Positions 1 through 9,681 of a DNA stretch of 64,000 nt are shown here, one piece after another (within the stretch, counting starts at the first letter, position 1; each line of letters begins with the position of its first letter). The stretch comes from an uncultured virus (IMG/VR IMGVR_UViG_3300037991_004722). Taxonomy: Duplodnaviria; Heunggongvirae; Uroviricota; Caudoviricetes. The stretch lies in IMG/VR virus record IMGVR_UViG_3300037991_004722, positions 1 through 64,000 of that record; one strand, 5' to 3'. Made by a program: the position numbers and the translations under genes. Under the pieces are notes generated by a model. It saw only the letters and a list, made by a program, of their open reading frames with translations, was not told the origin of the DNA and did no database searches.

Positions 1-32
1 AAGCGTGGCGGCGGCTACCGGAAGGGGTAGTC

Positions 33-340
33 ATGTCTCTTGAGCGTTGGTTTAAAGAAAAGTGGGTTGATGTAAAAACCGGTAAGCCATGCGGTCGCAA
101 AAAGGGAGAAAAGCGCAAAGGCTATCCTGCTTGTAGGCCCAGTAAACGTGTCTCGAAAGATACGCCGAAAACTGTTGGTGAGATGAGCGAAAAAGAAAAG
201 CAAAGTTTCGCCCAGCGCAAAACAAGCTCTAAAAGAACGGAAACCGAAATAGGTAGCCCGGCACAGGACAAGTTTCTGGCCAAACACATGCGTAGGGAAT
301 ACGCTAAGAATCCCGACATGTCGGATAAGGAACGTGATCG
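33..340 (+). CDS. small basic protein, DUF5872-like (3' end lost in N gap)
   Basis: SLERWFKEKWVDVKTGKPCGR...GYPACRP motif typical of small Lys/Arg-rich marine phage proteins; follows the ...KRGGGYRKG* end of an upstream gene at 1-30. Confidence 0.65.
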
Positions 341-605
341 NNNNNNNNNNCAGAAAGTCCGCCAAGAAGTCAAAGCGCGGCTACCCAAAGTGCGTCCCAC
401 GCTCCAAAGCAAACTCTATGACCAAAGAGGAGAGGAAGAGCGCGTGCAGCAGAAAGCGCGCAAAGAAACAAGGAGTCGGAGGTAAGCCCACTTACGTCAA
501 AACAGACAAAGAGAAGGGCAATCCAGCAGAGGACAAGTTTCTGGCCAAACACATGCGTAGGGAATACGCTAAGAATCCCGACATGTCGGATAAGGAACGT
601 GATCG
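265..605 (+). repeat. 76-bp exact direct repeat (265-340 and 530-605) flanking an N gap
   Basis: aggacaagtttctggccaaacac...gataaggaacgtgatcg occurs twice. Confidence 0.95.
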
Positions 606-645
606 TGAACTTGCGATTGCATACAGTAAATACGAACGAGGATAG
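351..645 (+). CDS. second small basic paralog (5' end lost in N gap)
   Basis: KRGYPKCVPRSKA motif; C-terminal DKFLAKHMRREYAKNPDMSDKERD identical to the preceding gene. Confidence 0.6.
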
Positions 646-650
646 AAGTA

Positions 651-1046
651 ATGAGTGTAAATAAAGCAATTCTAGTCGGACGACTTGGTTCAGACCCCGA
701 TCTTAGAACAACGGGTGGTGGAACTTCTGTAGTCAATATTCGACTTGCAACCAACGATCGTCGCAAAGAGGGTGATCAATGGGTTGATCATACAGAGTGG
801 CACAATGTGACTGTGTGGGGTCGTTCTGCTGAGAACGTCGCAAAGTTCTGTTCGAAGGGTAAGGAACTGTTTGTTGAGGGTCGCATTCAGACTCGCAAGT
901 ACCAAGACAAGTCTGGCGCTGACCGCTACTCAACTGAGATTGTTGCCGACAACATTCGCTTTTTGGGAGGTCGTGCCGACAGTGGTTCTATTGTTCAGGC
1001 CCAGAACACGGCTCACAACCAGGGCGATGAGCACATCCCGTTCTAG
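651..1046 (+). CDS. ssb: single-stranded DNA-binding protein
   Basis: MSVNKAILVGRLGSDP, TEWHNVTVWG, VEGRIQTRKY and C-terminal DEHIPF. Confidence 0.97.
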   Translation: MSVNKAILVGRLGSDPDLRTTGGGTSVVNIRLATNDRRKEGDQWVDHTEWHNVTVWGRSAENVAKFCSKGKELFVEGRIQTRKYQDKSGADRYSTEIVADNIRFLGGRADSGSIVQAQNTAHNQGDEHIPF

Positions 1047-1256
1047 TCTGGCGAATATATTCTCTCTTTGAATAGTTCAGTTAGTCTATTGATATACTCT
1101 CTCCGTTCATCAGGTTTGGACGGAGGGGGGGCATCGCTAATTTTCCCTTCTTCCTTTAGTTGTTGAAGCACTTTATTAAACTGTTCAAATGATTTGTTTT
1201 GCTTCTTAGACATATTGGATAGCCTTCTGTATGTGATAATGCATTGAAAGGAGATA

Positions 1257-1823
1257 ATGATGTCTGATAAAAAAAATGACGACGACGTAGTTTTTTTGGG
1301 TCGACTTTGCAGGGTTGACGTGAATGAAGAAACTAATCACGTTGATCACCCGGACATTGAGGAATGGCTGAAGCCAGGTGACGACGACTTTAAGCCGTCT
1401 GTTCAGCAGCAGAAGTTCCGAGATCTAGCATATCGTATGGCAAAGCGTAATCGATTCTTTCGTGGTGAGTGGTACGAGGCGACTCGACAAAAGGCATACA
1501 AGGGCGTTCGGATCAACGAGCGCATATGGAATCGCTGGTGTGATGACGACAAAAGATTTCGTCAGTGGTTTTATTCGGAGTTCCCTGAGACACGGGAGTT
1601 GTCGGAAGAAGAATTTAAGATGATGGACGCTCAGTATTGGACGGGTGTTCGCGATGCAATGACGGAAGGCGAAGAATGGGCCTACAGGCAGTACGCAAAG
1701 ACTCGATTTGATTCTGCTGCAGCCAAGAAGGACCAAGCCGATAGTGAAGCAATGTCTGAGCTTCGAAACTACTTCAGCAGTGGTGGTGGGGATGCTTGGG
1801 CGATGAAGCCTGGTGAGGCGTAG
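1257..1823 (+). CDS. putative terminase small subunit
   Basis: 188 aa, SD AGGAG, abuts TerL; assignment is positional only. Confidence 0.5.
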   Translation: MMSDKKNDDDVVFLGRLCRVDVNEETNHVDHPDIEEWLKPGDDDFKPSVQQQKFRDLAYRMAKRNRFFRGEWYEATRQKAYKGVRINERIWNRWCDDDKRFRQWFYSEFPETRELSEEEFKMMDAQYWTGVRDAMTEGEEWAYRQYAKTRFDSAAAKKDQADSEAMSELRNYFSSGGGDAWAMKPGEA

Positions 1824-3391
1824 TGAATGCACATGATAAGAAGCTTATTGCCCAGCTTGCCCAGAACCCTGGCGAGTTTATTGGGCGATTGAAGATCGTT
1901 GACGAGAAGGGTCAGGAAAGGCTCTTCAACACGCCATTTGCTGAGCAGGTAATGGCTCTTCAGGACTTCGAGTCGGAAGCTGAGACGGTCATTCATTATA
2001 AACCTCGTCAGATTGGGGATACGACTGTCGCGACGGCGTACAACTTCAACTACCTGTATTGGGTTCAGGACCCGGCACGGTGTCTGGTTGTTGCGGACTC
2101 CTACGATTCTACTGACGCTATCTTTGGTCGTGTGCGGCACTACTACCGCTCTCTGCCTCAGATGCTCAAGAAGCCCATTGAGAGATCAAACAAACGAGAG
2201 TTGATCTTTCGGGACAGCATGGCCGGTTTCCGTTGCATGACGGCGGGTGGTAAGAGTGACGCTCGTGGTTGGACGTATCAGCGTCTGCATGCCGATGAGT
2301 TGGCGTTCTGGCCAAATGCTGAGGACGTATGGGCGTCTGTTACATCGACGCTTCACGAGGGGCCACACAAGAAGATCATCATTATTTCTACGGCTGACGG
2401 ACCCGGCAATCTGTTCCACTCCAAGGTGTTGAGCGCCATTGAGGCTAAGCAGCGTGGAGACACATCTGTGCGGTTTCGTTTCTTCAAATGGTCTGATCAC
2501 TTGGCGTATCAGGCTGAAGTTCCAGATGGTTGGGAGCCCGATCAGGAAGAGTGGCTTCTTGGCCAGCAGCATGATCTTACGATGCGTCAGTTGTACTGGC
2601 GTCACGACAAGATTCATGGGGTCAATGGAATTGGTATTCGTCGGTTCCGTAGAGAGTACCCGCTTACGATCGAGGACGGCTTTGCCATTCACGACGGCAG
2701 TTGGTTTGACACAGACTATTTGAACTCTGTTTTGTCGTCTTTAAAGCCTGTAGAGGGCGAGTTGAGGATCTATGAAAGGCCTTACCCTGGGATGAACTAC
2801 GCAATCGGCGTAGACCCCTCCTGGTGCAACGGCGGCGACTATGCTGTGGCTCAGGTGTTGAGCGCAGATGGCAGGCAAGTGGCTACATTGTCAATGAACT
2901 ATGGCGGTGAGATTTTGTTTGCTCAAAAAGCCGTTGAGCTTGCAATGCACTACAACAAGGCCCGCTCACTGGTTGAGGCCAATACAGGTGGTGCTGGCCC
3001 AGTTGTTATTCGTGAGTTTCAGAAGGCCGGTTTGCCGCTGTGGCACAAGCCGCCTGCTCCTGGTCAGGCTGCCAGCAAGACGCCAAAATTCTGGACAACT
3101 ACTCGTGGAAACAAAGAAGAGGCCTATGCTCATCTAAGACAAATGATCAATAGCGACTCTATAACGCTTAATGATTTGTCTACAGTTCAAGAATTGATGC
3201 ATATACGCGAGCACAACGGTAAAATCGAGGGACAAGACGGATATCACGACGACCATTGTGATGCGTTAATGTTGGCTGAGTGGAATCGCCGTAAAATGCC
3301 TCAGGCTAAGGAGATTCCCAAAAGGGGCTCAAAGAGATATCATGCTCGCAGAAATCCTTTTAATGTAATGAGCGGAGCGAAGGTCTCGTGA
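1823..3391 (+). CDS. terL: terminase large subunit
   Basis: Walker A variant KPRQIGDTT, Walker B LHADE, IISTA coupling motif, nuclease motifs IGVDPS and HDDHCDA. Confidence 0.93.
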   Translation: MNAHDKKLIAQLAQNPGEFIGRLKIVDEKGQERLFNTPFAEQVMALQDFESEAETVIHYKPRQIGDTTVATAYNFNYLYWVQDPARCLVVADSYDSTDAIFGRVRHYYRSLPQMLKKPIERSNKRELIFRDSMAGFRCMTAGGKSDARGWTYQRLHADELAFWPNAEDVWASVTSTLHEGPHKKIIIISTADGPGNLFHSKVLSAIEAKQRGDTSVRFRFFKWSDHLAYQAEVPDGWEPDQEEWLLGQQHDLTMRQLYWRHDKIHGVNGIGIRRFRREYPLTIEDGFAIHDGSWFDTDYLNSVLSSLKPVEGELRIYERPYPGMNYAIGVDPSWCNGGDYAVAQVLSADGRQVATLSMNYGGEILFAQKAVELAMHYNKARSLVEANTGGAGPVVIREFQKAGLPLWHKPPAPGQAASKTPKFWTTTRGNKEEAYAHLRQMINSDSITLNDLSTVQELMHIREHNGKIEGQDGYHDDHCDALMLAEWNRRKMPQAKEIPKRGSKRYHARRNPFNVMSGAKVS

Positions 3392-5808
3392 AGAATAAAG
3401 ATCAAATCAACCCGAAGCTGATTCACGAGTTTGTTCGCGCCCACGATCGTCACGCACGACAGAACCGCAAAGACTGGTCTCTGTACAAGCACACGTACAT
3501 GACTCGTTACTGGGAGTACATGACGGGTGACGATATGCCTAAACGCAATCGTCGTCTTCGAGAGGTAGAGGTAGAGGTCAACCGTCTGTGGGGAGTGATC
3601 ACTTCATATCTGTCGGCCCTGTATCCAAGAGCCAGTCGAGTAATTCTTGGTTCTGACCCTGCAGGTAAGGGTGACCCACAGAAGGCAGAGCTTGCAATCA
3701 ACAGGATGCTTGCAAGTCGCAAGATTCATGAGCGGGTCATGACGGCCCTTCGTCAGTCCCTCTTGTATCCTGGTTCTGGCGTGAAGGTTGGATACCACCA
3801 TGGCCGTGGGAGCGCACTGGACCGTGTCTGGATGCGAGTGATTCCTGTATGGGAGATGCTTCTTGATACTGAGGTTTCGGACGTAGATGATGAGCGGTTT
3901 CGTGGACACCTGTACTACCGCCCAAAAATTGAGGTTGAGCAGGAGTATGGGTTGTCAGACTTGTCTGGAACTCGTCGCGTAGACTTTTTGTCTTCATCCG
4001 ATAATGTCAGCGATGACTATAAAAACCGCAAACGCTATGAGGTTGCAGAGGAAGACAACAACTTTGTTCGTGTTTTGGAGTTTTGCAATCTTGTCGATCA
4101 CTACCAAGACCCGGAAAATCCTGACATTAAGTACGAAGGTCGTCTGGAAATTTATGTCCTTGGTCAGGGCAAGGACTCCAAAGAACCCGTATATGTTGGC
4201 CCTCTTCCTTTTGTTCGTCATGATGGCGAGCCTATGGCCCACATTGTCCCATTGATTTTCAACTACGAGCCTGAGTTCCCGCTGCGTGGCATTGCCCATG
4301 TAAAGCGATTGATGCCTCAGTTTAAAGAGTTGAACGCTTATCGGTCATACATGGCGATGGCTACGCGAAAGGACACTCGTCAGTACGTTACTCGAAAAGG
4401 CACGCTGAATGCTGAAGAGATGACTCTGCTTACTGAGGGTCACGACGGCCTGATTCTTGAAGTTGATTCTGGATATGAACGGCCTCTAAACGATGCGATC
4501 ATTCCAATTCAGAACGCTCCTATTTCAAGCAATATTCAGTCGTACGTGCGCGACGTTGAGACGGATATTGAGCGTGTAATTGGTACAAGCCCGGCTTCTC
4601 GCGGCATCGTAACAAAGGCAACTGCATTTGAGGTTGAGACTGTTCAGCAGTACACAGAGTCCGAGTTTGGCCTTCATGCTGCCATTAAGGATCAGTGGCT
4701 TTCAAACCTGACTGAATTGATGCTTAGGGCTCTGATTGCCAGCATGCAGGATGATGGCGACAGCCAGGGAGCGTATGAAGATCAGAAAGTCGACGTATCT
4801 GAGGTTGGCGCTACACCACAAGAGGATCAGTCTGAACCTGAAGAGCCTAAAGAGCCAGAGGTCTTTGACAAGGAAAGAATCAAGAGCCTTGCTGAAATAG
4901 CTGGTATTGACGTTGATTCTGAAGACTTCAAAGATCTGGCGTCTCAGATTACCGACAAGCGTGAACTTGATGACATGTCTGATGATGAGTTGAATCTTCT
5001 TGGTTCTACTCTTGCTGGTCGGACATCAGAAATCACAAAGGCCAATGATGAGCGTGAAGAAGAGCAGGTTGACATGGCCCTTGTTCGAAACACAGCATCT
5101 ATGCAGGAGCCGTTTGTTGATGAAGATGTTGTCTCGGATCTCGGAATCGACGAAAAAGATGGTGATTATTCGCTTCGTCAAGAAACCATCATCTTGCGGG
5201 AACGAAACGAGCAGATGGTCGTCACGGTCGAAGATCTTGATGCCAATTTTGAGATTAGCTTTGTTGAGGGCGGGAGGACGCCACTCAGTGACGCTGCCAT
5301 GCAGCAAAACCTTGTCGCTCTCATGCAACCTTACATGGCGCTTTGGGACTCAGCATCGAAAGGCGGACCCCAAGGCGTAATCGCGAAGAACTACATGCAG
5401 GTTCTTGCAGACCGTTTTGATCTTCCGAAAGACCTTCACCCTGATGAGTTGAAGGCTGAACTTGAAGAGCAAGAAGCAGAAGACAAAAAATCCAAGAAAT
5501 CTAAAAAATCTAAAGAAAAGCCTCAGGAACCGCCAGGACAGGCTGCCGCTGCAGGGCCTCCTCCTGAGCAACAGGCACCGGGAGAAAGCCCAGAAGCCCC
5601 GCCTCCCCCTGAAGGTCAGGCGCAAGCTGAGGATGTATTAGCTCAGATCGCACAGATGCCCCCCGATCAGGCCATCGAGGCTTTGAGGCAATTGTTTGCT
5701 GATCAACCTGAATTGATTCAAGTTCTTGATCAGATCTCTGCTATGCCACCAGATCAACAATCTGCAGCGATTCAACAAGTATTGGAGGCAGCAAGTGCCA
5801 ACATATAG
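3388..5808 (+). CDS. portal protein with acidic insertion and Pro/Gln-rich tail
   Basis: follows TerL; 806 aa; P22-like features including RGIVTKATAFEV. Confidence 0.8.
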   Translation: MKNKDQINPKLIHEFVRAHDRHARQNRKDWSLYKHTYMTRYWEYMTGDDMPKRNRRLREVEVEVNRLWGVITSYLSALYPRASRVILGSDPAGKGDPQKAELAINRMLASRKIHERVMTALRQSLLYPGSGVKVGYHHGRGSALDRVWMRVIPVWEMLLDTEVSDVDDERFRGHLYYRPKIEVEQEYGLSDLSGTRRVDFLSSSDNVSDDYKNRKRYEVAEEDNNFVRVLEFCNLVDHYQDPENPDIKYEGRLEIYVLGQGKDSKEPVYVGPLPFVRHDGEPMAHIVPLIFNYEPEFPLRGIAHVKRLMPQFKELNAYRSYMAMATRKDTRQYVTRKGTLNAEEMTLLTEGHDGLILEVDSGYERPLNDAIIPIQNAPISSNIQSYVRDVETDIERVIGTSPASRGIVTKATAFEVETVQQYTESEFGLHAAIKDQWLSNLTELMLRALIASMQDDGDSQGAYEDQKVDVSEVGATPQEDQSEPEEPKEPEVFDKERIKSLAEIAGIDVDSEDFKDLASQITDKRELDDMSDDELNLLGSTLAGRTSEITKANDEREEEQVDMALVRNTASMQEPFVDEDVVSDLGIDEKDGDYSLRQETIILRERNEQMVVTVEDLDANFEISFVEGGRTPLSDAAMQQNLVALMQPYMALWDSASKGGPQGVIAKNYMQVLADRFDLPKDLHPDELKAELEEQEAEDKKSKKSKKSKEKPQEPPGQAAAAGPPPEQQAPGESPEAPPPPEGQAQAEDVLAQIAQMPPDQAIEALRQLFADQPELIQVLDQISAMPPDQQSAAIQQVLEAASANI

Positions 5809-6394
5809 TTATAAATGCGATAAATGTAATTATGAGCAGGACTACACATGCAGGTTTGCAAACAGGCCTGATTCCATAGATTGCTCTGAATGTGGTGGTT
5901 CATCGAAGCGAGTGTTCAGAGTATCAAATGCTCAATCAAACGACCCGTACACCAAAGCGGAGAGAAAGTCTACGCGTACGAACGGATTGGTTATGCATTT
6001 ATATATGTGCAAAGATTGTAATCACAAATTTGATGAGATAATTGATTTCAGTAAGGGTCAGCACTTTGAGGATCCACAGAAATGTACAAAATGCTCGTCG
6101 ATGAACTCTAAGTGGGTTCCGATGGCAAGAATTGATAGATTTAGTGAACAGTTTCCATACTATGATCGCGGACTTGGTGTAATGTTGATGAGCAAGCAGC
6201 ATCGTAAAGATGTATGCAAAGCAAGAGGTCTTACGCCGGTAGATGGTGACTGGGATGTTGAAAAGGAATACAGTAAGTGGGATTTAAGGCAGGAAAAAGA
6301 AATAAAAGAATATAATGACTACTGCGATCGGTTAGATAATCACCCAGCATTTAGACAGCATCGTGAGGCTCTCGATAAAGAGAACAGGAGATAG
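5795..6394 (+). CDS. double FmdB-type zinc-ribbon protein
   Basis: GGAGG SD then GTG; MPTYSYKCDKC..CSECGG and YMCKDC..CTKCSS. Confidence 0.75.
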   Translation: MPTYSYKCDKCNYEQDYTCRFANRPDSIDCSECGGSSKRVFRVSNAQSNDPYTKAERKSTRTNGLVMHLYMCKDCNHKFDEIIDFSKGQHFEDPQKCTKCSSMNSKWVPMARIDRFSEQFPYYDRGLGVMLMSKQHRKDVCKARGLTPVDGDWDVEKEYSKWDLRQEKEIKEYNDYCDRLDNHPAFRQHREALDKENRR

Positions 6395-6395
6395 C

Positions 6396-6980
6396 ATGTA
6401 CGGAAAAGAATACGGACAACCCGCTGAAGGTGAGGCACCCGCTGCTCCACCACCTGCTGAAGCAGAGGCAGCACCTGCTGACCCTGGTCAGGATGTAGAG
6501 GCGCAGCTTGATGAGCTTGCTCGATCAGCGCCCCCTCCGACTAAGCCATTCTCCGTGAAGGCTCTGGATTCTTTGGTCAAGATCTTTAATGATACTCTGT
6601 CCAAGATTTCCGATGCCGACATGCCTGAGATCGAACTTGACACCAGTGCAGCAGACGGTGGAAAGCTTAATGCGCCACTTCCCCCTGATGTCTTTTTGGC
6701 TCTTCTGGCTATTTCTCAGCTTGTTGGGATGGTTGCTGGCGGCGAGTTTGCTGACAAGTACGGGTTTGATCCCTTTTCTATTGTGACGGATACAGAAGTT
6801 CGCAAGGTAAGCGCGCAACTGAAGATGATGGGCAAGGATAAGAAGTTTGTCGAAGCCGTTGCAGCACTCCAAGAGGGCGCTGAGGCTCCTGGCGATGAAG
6901 GCCCAGAAGAAGCAGAGATGTCTCCACCTCCCACTGATATGGGCGATGAAGACGCTATGCTTGCTGCAGAGATGCAGTAA
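6396..6980 (+). CDS. hypothetical acidic head-module protein
   Basis: AGGAG SD, ATG at 6396, between portal and scaffold. Confidence 0.65.
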   Translation: MYGKEYGQPAEGEAPAAPPPAEAEAAPADPGQDVEAQLDELARSAPPPTKPFSVKALDSLVKIFNDTLSKISDADMPEIELDTSAADGGKLNAPLPPDVFLALLAISQLVGMVAGGEFADKYGFDPFSIVTDTEVRKVSAQLKMMGKDKKFVEAVAALQEGAEAPGDEGPEEAEMSPPPTDMGDEDAMLAAEMQ

Positions 6981-7045
6981 ATATTTGTATTTTATTGATG
7001 AAGTAACTTAGACAGTGGTAGATTTAAAAATCAAAGGAGATATTT

Positions 7046-8011
7046 GTGCAAGACGAAATTACAAATGATGTAGAGCCTGATGTTGCAGCAGGAACTACAG
7101 GACTATTGGACGATCAAGAAAGTAGCCTTGAATCGGGCCAGTCCACACCTGATGTTTTGGATGCCAGTGGTGGTCCAACAGAATTTTCAAGTTCTGATGA
7201 GCCTGCCCCTACCCCAAGCATCGATGAAAAATCTTTTGATCCTCTCTTCTCGTCGATTGATGATGATGAACTGAAGACTGATGATTTTTATTCGAACATC
7301 AGCGAACAAGATATCAAAGAGCTTCCTACTGTTGCTCGCCGCATGCTTCACAACTTTCGCGTTGCGTACAAGCAAAAGCAAAATGAGTTGGATGCGGCTC
7401 ATGCAAAGAAGGTAGAGAAGTACTCACAGAGAGAGAATCAGATTCAGAGCCTTGAGCGTGACTTTGCTCGTCGCCAAGCTGAGTTTGCATCGATTATTGA
7501 TGATCCTCGGATCAGAAAGTCGCTTGAGACAGAAGAATCTGAGCTTCCAGACATCATGTCGGAGGAGGGGATTCAGGCGAGAATCAACCGTGGCGTTGCC
7601 GAAGCGGTTCAAGGCGTATTCCGTCCGATGCAAGAAGTCTCATCTCAGCGCCGACAAGAGAGCGCGTATCTTGACTTCTTGGAGTCACATCCTGAGATGA
7701 AAGAACCTTCTTTCAAAAAGGAAGTTGCAAAGATGGTTGGTGATCGCAGGCAATCTGATTCGCCAATTTCCACTCAAGATGCATACGAAATCGTTCGCGC
7801 TCGTCGCGTAATGAGCGAGCAACGCAAGCGTGCAGAGAAAGAGCGTCGTGCCCGTGCAGACGCAGCGCGTCGTGTTCAGCGTAGTTCTGTGAGTGGGTCG
7901 CCAGACTCCACTGAAATTCCCCCTGATGTCAAGAAGCAAGGTGCAGCTTCAATTGCTGCTTGGCTCCAGTCAAACCCCGAAGCTGCAAAAGCCTTTTCAA
8001 ATAACCGCTAA
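7046..8011 (+). CDS. capsid scaffolding protein
   Basis: acidic N-terminus, coiled coil, immediately upstream of the major capsid gene. Confidence 0.65.
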   Translation: MQDEITNDVEPDVAAGTTGLLDDQESSLESGQSTPDVLDASGGPTEFSSSDEPAPTPSIDEKSFDPLFSSIDDDELKTDDFYSNISEQDIKELPTVARRMLHNFRVAYKQKQNELDAAHAKKVEKYSQRENQIQSLERDFARRQAEFASIIDDPRIRKSLETEESELPDIMSEEGIQARINRGVAEAVQGVFRPMQEVSSQRRQESAYLDFLESHPEMKEPSFKKEVAKMVGDRRQSDSPISTQDAYEIVRARRVMSEQRKRAEKERRARADAARRVQRSSVSGSPDSTEIPPDVKKQGAASIAAWLQSNPEAAKAFSNNR

Positions 8012-8023
8012 TAGGAGCCTAAA

Positions 8024-9082
8024 ATGGCAACTACACAACTGTCCATTGGAAACGAACTGCTTTCCACAACTATGCACATCCTGATGAAGGACTTTCGTGA
8101 CAACGTTCACGAATCAGTTGCTTTTCTCGACGCACAAGAGCGAATCCACGGTGCTGGCAAGCCAGTTCAAGCCGGTGGTACTCGGATTGTAGTCCCTCTG
8201 GGCTTCGGTGAGCACTCTTCGACCACTCGTATGCAGACTGGTTTTGAGCGCATCGACCTCAGCGTTGAAGACGTGTTCCAGCCTGCACAGTACGACTTCG
8301 GTCACGTTGTTCGCCCCGTCGCTATCTCCTCGGAAGAAGAGATGGTCAACCAGGGTGACGCTGCTGTGCTTTCCATCCTTGAAAGCCGCGTGATGATGAC
8401 CGCAAACGCACTCAAGCGCGAGTTCGTTAAGCAAATCGTCAAGGGCAGCCAAACTGGCTGGGAAGATTGGAACACTCTTAACGGTATCGACGTTACCACT
8501 GGTGATCACCAAGGTTTCCTTGAAGATCTTGCAGTCGGTTCTCAGGTCAACGCTGTTGGTGGCGTTGACAAGGGAAGCTACCAAGACAAGACTGGTTGGC
8601 AGAACCAACGCTTCGATGGCGCTGGATCTTTCAACGCTAACGGCCTTGCTGGTCTGTACGACCTGCTTGTTGAAATCAACGCTGTGTCGCCTTCTGGCGC
8701 TCCAAACGTGATTCTTGCTTCCCGCGCTGGATTCAAGAACCTGAAGCGCGCCCTTTCGGCTCACGAGCGTTACGTCGACCAGTCTCAGATTGATGGTGGT
8801 CGCATGGTTGAAACCTTCCAAGGCATTCCAATCAACGTTGAGTACAACATGCCCAACGCTGGTGGTGCTTCCGGTACGACTGCTGATCCAATCAGCTTCT
8901 ACTTCCTGAACATGAACGACATCTACACAGTTTGGGATCCTAAGGGTTACTTCGACCTGTCGGACTTCGAGACTGTGTCTGGTGAGTACGATGTTCGCGC
9001 TGCTAAGCTCCGGTGCCGTGGTCAGTTGATCGCCAAGCACCTCGGTTCAAGCGGTCTCGCATTCGACCTGGAAACCTTCTAG
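8024..9082 (+). CDS. major capsid protein
   Basis: 352 aa; HK97-like pattern (GGTRIVVPL, VAISSEEEMVNQG, FQGIPI); codon usage suggests high expression; position. Confidence 0.87.
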   Translation: MATTQLSIGNELLSTTMHILMKDFRDNVHESVAFLDAQERIHGAGKPVQAGGTRIVVPLGFGEHSSTTRMQTGFERIDLSVEDVFQPAQYDFGHVVRPVAISSEEEMVNQGDAAVLSILESRVMMTANALKREFVKQIVKGSQTGWEDWNTLNGIDVTTGDHQGFLEDLAVGSQVNAVGGVDKGSYQDKTGWQNQRFDGAGSFNANGLAGLYDLLVEINAVSPSGAPNVILASRAGFKNLKRALSAHERYVDQSQIDGGRMVETFQGIPINVEYNMPNAGGASGTTADPISFYFLNMNDIYTVWDPKGYFDLSDFETVSGEYDVRAAKLRCRGQLIAKHLGSSGLAFDLETF

Positions 9083-9094
9083 GTCATCCTGATT

Positions 9095-9121
9095 GGGTGG
9101 GGGTCGCGGTGATCCCCACCC
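9095..9121 (+). terminator. GC-rich hairpin after the capsid gene (terminator or mRNA stabiliser)
   Basis: GGGTGGGGGTC...GATCCCCACCC; weak U tract. Confidence 0.55.
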
Positions 9122-9158
9122 TACTTCATAGCCATTTAGTCAAAAGAGGGAGGACAAC

Positions 9159-9596
9159 ATGGCAATTTTCAAGCGTGATGGCGTCGATGGCGACAATCAT
9201 TTTCCTAAAAAGTTCGTAGAATTGTTTGCTGACGGAGCGATCACTGCGGGCGATTGGGTTGCAGTAAGCAACAGCACAACAAAGGGTGTTCTTGGAACAG
9301 CCTGTAAGAAGGCTGCTGCCGTAGGCACGAATGGTAACAGTGGTGTTTTTGGAATCGCTACTGAAACCGTTGCTGATGGAGCCCTTGTGCGAGTTCAAAC
9401 TGCTGGCAAGTTTGACACAGCAAACGTTCATGCCGACTGTGATGTTGGACTTGGTCTTGCGGGACCGATCAGCGTTGCTGGTCGTGCAGACCTTGCTGTG
9501 GCCGCAACCTTCCAGATGTGTGGAATCGCTTTGTCTGATGACTCAGCAACCACAAATGTTGCCGCCGTCATGATCATTGATCAGGGTCTTTACTAA
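9159..9596 (+). CDS. capsid decoration/cement protein
   Basis: 145 aa Ala/Gly-rich (AITAGDWVAV, VFGIATE) directly after MCP. Confidence 0.65.
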   Translation: MAIFKRDGVDGDNHFPKKFVELFADGAITAGDWVAVSNSTTKGVLGTACKKAAAVGTNGNSGVFGIATETVADGALVRVQTAGKFDTANVHADCDVGLGLAGPISVAGRADLAVAATFQMCGIALSDDSATTNVAAVMIIDQGLY

Positions 9597-9628
9597 GACT
9601 TATTCGCTACCGGACCTCGGTCCATTTT

Positions 9629-9671
9629 CGGCTGCTGGGGTATACTTCTCCAGCAGCCGTTTTCTTTTTTT
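9629..9671 (+). terminator. intrinsic terminator
   Basis: CGGCTGCTGG...CCAGCAGCCG followed by TTTTCTTTTTTT. Confidence 0.85.
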
Positions 9672-9681
9672 GGAGCCCAAC

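Noticed and set aside
8114..9040. 308-aa antisense ORF over the capsid gene
   Set aside because: Expected shadow of biased codon usage; no motifs
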